From positions 65,120-94,037 of the forward strand of contig CAXIUT010000272.1 in NCBI GenBank assembly GCA_964035545.1: DNA of 28,918 bases, written 5' to 3'. Shown one piece after another: positions 24,036 to 28,918 of this stretch (position 1 is the stretch's first letter; each line of letters opens with the position of its first letter). The position numbers were made by a program, and so were the translations under genes. This stretch comes from Bugula neritina (Eukaryota > Animalia > Bryozoa). Under the pieces are notes generated by a model. The model did not search any database. It was given only the letters and a program-made list of their open reading frames with translations, and had not been told where the DNA came from.

Positions 24036-25220
24036 TCAGATCCTCTTTCTTGAACTATTTATCTTTTTTCTTTGTTTAAGAGTATTACAAGTGTCCTGAA
24101 GTTTAATATCAACTAGTTGCCCATTTTTACAGTTACTATCAAAGTTTTCACTTCCTTGAGTTAAAGCACAAAGCTTTTTTCGAGTTTTTGTACTTTTTGT
24201 TTTACTGATCATTTCTTTCTTTTGTCTTGGAGGCATCTTCAAAAATTATTTTAAATCAGGATCCTCCTCTCTCTGTTCAAAAGTCAAACACTCTGAGGGC
24301 TATCTATAATATATAAGATTGATACGTTCGTGGATCATTGCTTCTAGGCTAGATGATAACACATTATTTTTTAGCCTCTTGAAAAGTCAATAAACTATTT
24401 TGACTTTCTATTTATCTTGAGTGATCCCTACTAAAACAAAGCGAATCTTAATCAGCTTTACCTTTTTGTGAATCTATTATAATGTTAGAACAATTGATAC
24501 TACCAATACCACATCCAAATTGAGTAAGATTATTATGAAACATAACTGCGGATTGATTAGCAGTACTCCATGTGCTATCTTGATGTTTTTTTAATTTTTA
24601 TATTTATTTTCTCAAAAAAGCAATCATCAAATCTTAATATCAATAAAAATACCTTTCTCTTGAATGATTTACTAAAGTTTATTATTCTTATATTTCTAAT
24701 TCTACACTATTTTAAAACACTCCTTTCTAATCCTTTCTAACTCATTTTCTAGAGTTTGTTTATACTTTCGAAAACGATCCAGTTAATTAGTTAGTGACAT
24801 GATTTGATTATCCTTTTAGTTTTGTTAATTAATTCCCCTTGAAGTCAACTACAATTTCTATTTTGATAACTTCTAATATGACCCCTTCAATTGTCTGTAC
24901 TCAGATTTAACAGTCATTAACTATCCATATAGTGCACTGATATTAGGTTTCTATTTGATGTCTACACATTTGTAAGGAGTTTTTTCATTTTGTCTTGATT
25001 TAGATCTAACAAGTTTCTTTGGAGAACTAAGATTCCTCAGATCTTTTTTTGATTTTTTCCTCTATTTAAGAGGGATTTGATTGCATCGTGGAGGTTAGTG
25101 CTCCACTATAAGAGAACTATGGACAGCTGATTTAAATTAATTTTCTTTAAGTTTTTATTTGATTCTTGCGATATCGCGCGATGGTTTTCCACTAATGATA
25201 TTGTTATTTAGGGGCTTCAT
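24036..25220 (-). CDS. Hypothetical coiled-coil/low-complexity protein
   Basis: 380-aa ORF after removing introns at 24633-24652 (20 nt) and 24304-24325 (22 nt); central E/K-rich heptads. Confidence 0.65.
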
Positions 25221-25247
25221 AAATTACTAACGGGTATAATATAAACA

Positions 25248-26604
25248 TCAATTTTTTTATGAAATCATTGAGACCCAAATTTTATCTCTATACTTCTAGA
25301 AATCAGCATGAGCTGGTACATCAAAAGTAATATAATCTTAACCTATTCTAGCGATTCTCAAGGCCAGAAGGACTACACTCTGAAGAATCCTCTGAGCAGT
25401 TTGCTAAGGGTCTTCTGTTAAGTCTCCTTAATAAAAAATAAAATACGTTCTGCTTGAAGAATAGCGACTCCTGTTTTATTGACTAACTATGTTTTGAAAT
25501 CAACAATTCTGACATAAGGAAGACGACAATGTTCCTACTAGATAATCTCATAAAGAGATATATCTTAGAATGGCAGTTTTTATTCTTTGATTTGGTTTGA
25601 ATCGAGGTATCTTTTGATTTTTGACTGTTTTTGCAATTTTTTTAAACTGTTATTATCTACTCCTTATAGTCTAGGAGCAATATATTTTTGAATATCCGGA
25701 CAGTTTCTTGAGATAAAGCTGGAGATATCAGGACTATCCACGATTAGAACATGAGTAATTCCAAATATTGATAGTAGTTCTGCTAGTATTTCTTTAAGAT
25801 TTTTTTTTTAATCAGATATTCTTGGACATTGTAATATAACACCAGATGCAAAATTTGATATCTAATTTTTCATTCCTTTACGACTGACTTCTTCCATTTC
25901 TTTATAATTTTATAATTACAGCGATTTAGACGACTATCAACATGACCAGCAAGCATTCTAGCACTTTTAAGAAAAGAAGAAGTGCGAATTCTACGGTTTC
26001 CATAGACCATACATATTTTTTAGCAATGAGCTAAAATATCCTAGCTGGTTGATACTTTATACTTGTAAACTGCTGCTCCGATAGAGCCATCCAGAAAAAG
26101 TGAATTTTAGAGATCTAGATCTACGAAAATTGGTTGCATATTAAGCTTACCTGTCCATGTTAAAAGAAGTCTTGATGAATAAGCGATCCCACTATTTTAA
26201 CCGCCTACTATGGCTATTCTAGGACCTTTTTTCAATTGTTCCTGAGCTAGTTTTCTTGATATTGTAAGATCACAATGAAGGGCGATGTACTTGATCATGG
26301 GACTTTATGGTAGAGGATTGTGATGAGTGATATCAATCCACTACTAACTGCTTTTACTATTTTTATCTTAAGGCCACTCAGCCTCTACTTCACATCCTTC
26401 CCAAGTGAAGATAAGGATAATACAGGGCATTTGAAATTTAAGTGGATAATGTTTTTTTAATTCCATTCCTAGGACTTCAGCTTATCCTGATATCAGACTC
26501 AGTTTGAGTTAATCAGTAGATGTGCTATCGGCTTACTGAATCATATAGGTGTGAAGAGGAGATATAGATATTGATTGAACTTTATTTACTTTTTAGTTTT
26601 ACAT
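25248..26604 (-). CDS. CLP1: Clp1-like mRNA cleavage/polyadenylation factor with degenerate P-loop
   Basis: LISGEAEVLGMEL, IFTWEGCEVE, ESPMIKYIALH, GPRIAIVG, PIFVDLD, DGSIGA and FASGVIL occur in Clp1 block order. 20-nt introns at 25900-25919 and 25427-25446; about 438 aa. Confidence 0.85.
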
Positions 26605-26727
26605 TGATTATGATGATTCAAAACTACTCAAAAAGAGATATTGAAATGTTTAATTATTGTGTAGTAATATAAGATAGTTTTAGATTTAAACATAAATAAG
26701 GTGCTAAATTGTATTATATATATTACT

Positions 26728-27202
26728 ATGATTGTCAACATTCCATAAATAATAGATTTTAAGGGAGAAAAATAAAATTAGAACAAATTCAAGAAAAATA
26801 CAAGCCTGTCAAGTGTAAAAACAGCCATTGAACCATACTTTAATCACTAAACTGTTTGTAGAACTGTTAATCTGTCCCAAAAAACTAAACTTATACATTT
26901 GATTACTAACTAAAACTGTAATCTCAAAAAAGTAAAAATTTGTTTAATTCTAGGCTTCTAAACTTGCTGATCTGAGCTACAGTACAGCTAAGAAAGTTTA
27001 TGCTCGTTTCAGAAAAACACTTAAATCAAAGATATCTATCCAACCTAGACTCCCGACTTCTTCTCAAAGATGTTCGTACTCTTCAATCCAAGAAAAAAAT
27101 GAAAAAGTTAAGCAAGTGGAGATAGTTTGTACAATTGCGGGAAGATAGCAAATGATAAAAAAAGAAGAGAAGAAAGAAGAAGATGATTGTGTATAATATT
27201 GA
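26728..27202 (+). CDS. Small helix-turn-helix (homeodomain-like) protein
   Basis: QKTKLIHLITNENCNLKKASKLADLSYSTAKKVY is an HTH-like pattern. 22-nt intron at 26932-26953; 150 aa. Confidence 0.7.
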
Positions 27203-27535
27203 GTTTTTAAAAATAAAACTGAAGTCAATAGTAAGTTTGATAGGTCATCGGTCAATCAAAGTTAGGAGTATGGGTTGTACTATGCCGTCATTTTGATTTT
27301 ATAAATCCATTTAGAAAGATTAATTAATATTCTACCCCCATAGTTGAAAATTATCAAAAATAAAATATCAAATAAAACTAACAAATTCTTTAAAAAGATA
27401 GTCAAAATGTACTATAAATAACTTAAGAATTGATAATTCTTTGAGGTGTCTTTTTTTGAATATTTTTAAAAAATAAAGTGTTTAAGATAAACAGATTTTG
27501 ATATAAAGTTGATTTATATTTTAATTGGGATCCTA

Positions 27536-28767
27536 ATGTTCTTGCATCGATTCCTAAGACCAACAAGTTGTCTATTTCGTTCGTGTTACTGGTTGGCAGC
27601 CAAAAAGAAAGACCCCTATTGTATGATCTTTTCTAGAAAGGATAGAAATACTAGGAGTTAATAGGAACGCATCTTCAACAGATATCAAAAAAGCTTACTA
27701 TAAACTAGCACAAGAACATCATCCAGACAAAAGCTCTAATCCAAACGCCAAAGATAAGTTCGCCTAAATAAACAAGTATTTTTCAATGTATGCAGTGCTT
27801 ACTAAATTCTTTCTGATGAAGGGAAAAGAAGAATGTTCGATCAGACTGGATCAACCGATAGTGATCCCTATGCAGGCTTTGATAATGAAGATATTTTCAG
27901 TCAATTTAAAAATGGAGGTTTTCGTGGAGGGAGAGGACAGAAAATGCATGCACAAGATTTTTAATCTATCTTTTAAGATTTATTTGGAGGTATGGGAGGA
28001 GGAGGAGGTCGAAGAGGAGGAGGAAAACGATCGTAACAAAATGATATGGCATCAGAAGATGTTATGATTCGCTGTGATTTATCTTTTGATGAGGCAGTAA
28101 ACGGTACTTCAAAAGTATAGTTTTTTTAAAGTAGACTATCGAGTATAGACGTTTAAGCATATGTGATACTTGCAAAGGAAACAAAGCCAAACCAGGTTCT
28201 AAACCTCAGAAATGCCATAGCTGTCAAGGTACAGGGTATATGACTTTCCAGCAAGGAATTATGATGATGAGGATGGAATGTGAAAGATGTTCAGGCAGTG
28301 GGCAGATAATTGGCACTCCTTGTGGAAGTTGTTCTGGTAAAGGTACATAGAATGTGAAGGCTAAGTAAGAAATAAAATTTCCTAAGGGAATTGATAATGG
28401 AGCGACTTTGAAGTTCAAAGGGAAGGGGAATGTTTATGGAGATTTAATTATACAAGTCAATGTTAAAAAACATCCTGAATTTAAAAGAGTAGGAAATGAT
28501 GCTGTAATCTAAAAGTAATTTTCAGCTATTGATCTTGTTTTAGGAGTATAGATTGAAGTAGCTACTATATATGGAGAGAAAAAGAAATTAAAGATTCCTG
28601 GGGGGACTCAAAATGGTGATAAGATTAAGATGGTGCGTGAAGGTTTCCAAAGGGTAAATAGCGGATAAAAAGGTAATCAAATTGTGGTGATAAAAGTTAA
28701 AATTCCTTCAAAACTAACTAAATAGTAAAAATAGCTTTATGAACAACTGAAAAAAATATCAAAATGA
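27536..28767 (+). CDS. dnaJ: Type I DnaJ chaperone, probably mitochondrial (Mdj1/DNAJA3-like)
   Basis: Presequence-like N-terminus; J domain (DPYEILGV, HPD, AYEILSD); G/F region; four CxxCxGx(G/K) repeats; C-terminal IPGGTQNG. Introns at 27621-27645 (25 nt), 27776-27795 and 28115-28134 (20 nt each). Confidence 0.95.
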
Positions 28768-28831
28768 TAAATATGCTAATTTATATAAATAGTTAAATTA
28801 CAATATCTGACATCTACGAATATCACTTATC

Positions 28832-28918
28832 GGGGTTGGGGTTGGGGTTGGGGTTGGGGTTGGGGTTGGGGTTGGGGTTGGGGTTGGGGTTGGGGTTGGG
28901 GTTGGGGTTGGGGTTGGG
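28832..28918 (-). repeat. Right telomere, (TTGGGG)n
   Basis: GGGG + 13x TTGGGG + TTGGG at the 3' end. Confidence 0.98.

Noticed and set aside
5738-28418. Antisense or off-frame track ORFs (e.g. 5738-5989, 9919-10110, 11916-12110, 14441-14629, 15230-15514, 18062-18546, 18711-19532, 22605-23253, 27064-27255, 27786-28067, 28224-28418)
   Set aside because: They are shadows of better-supported genes on the other strand or frame.
1-28918. Standard ciliate code (UAR=Gln, table 6) or a split UAA/UAG code
   Set aside because: Both codons map to conserved Glu sites, including the catalytic Walker B Glu; conserved Gln sites use CAA/CAG.
1-28918. CRISPR arrays, rRNA/tRNA genes, transposons or prokaryotic operons
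   Set aside because: No repeat-spacer structure, recognisable structural RNA or transposase/TIR was seen by eye; nearly all of the sequence is explained by intron-containing eukaryotic genes.

Overview
This is eukaryotic, not prokaryotic, DNA: an AT-rich, gene-dense ciliate macronuclear-type molecule. It has (CCCCAA)n/(TTGGGG)n telomeres at both ends and a third, internal (CCCCAA)n tract at 13840-13915. The supplied ORF track is fragmented because the genes use a non-standard code. TAA and TAG sit at conserved glutamate positions, and TGA is the only stop (peritrich-type code, NCBI table 30). Translating by hand with that code and removing tiny GT-AG introns (23 inferred, 20 of them exactly 20 nt) gives 18 genes: FAM135/DUF676 hydrolase, ABCB7/Atm1-like transporter, REI1/ZNF622, a cytochrome b561-b5-reductase fusion, a large Cys-rich membrane protein, a CNBD-like protein, a CNBD cation channel with an aberrant filter, a RINGv-FHA ligase, a KDM4-like JmjC demethylase, a ZIP transporter, REEP/YOP1, Clp1 with a degenerate P-loop, an HTH protein, mitochondrial-type DnaJ and four hypothetical proteins. 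Family calls come from motif recognition only; no database searches were run. Introns are inferred from frame restoration, not from RNA data.
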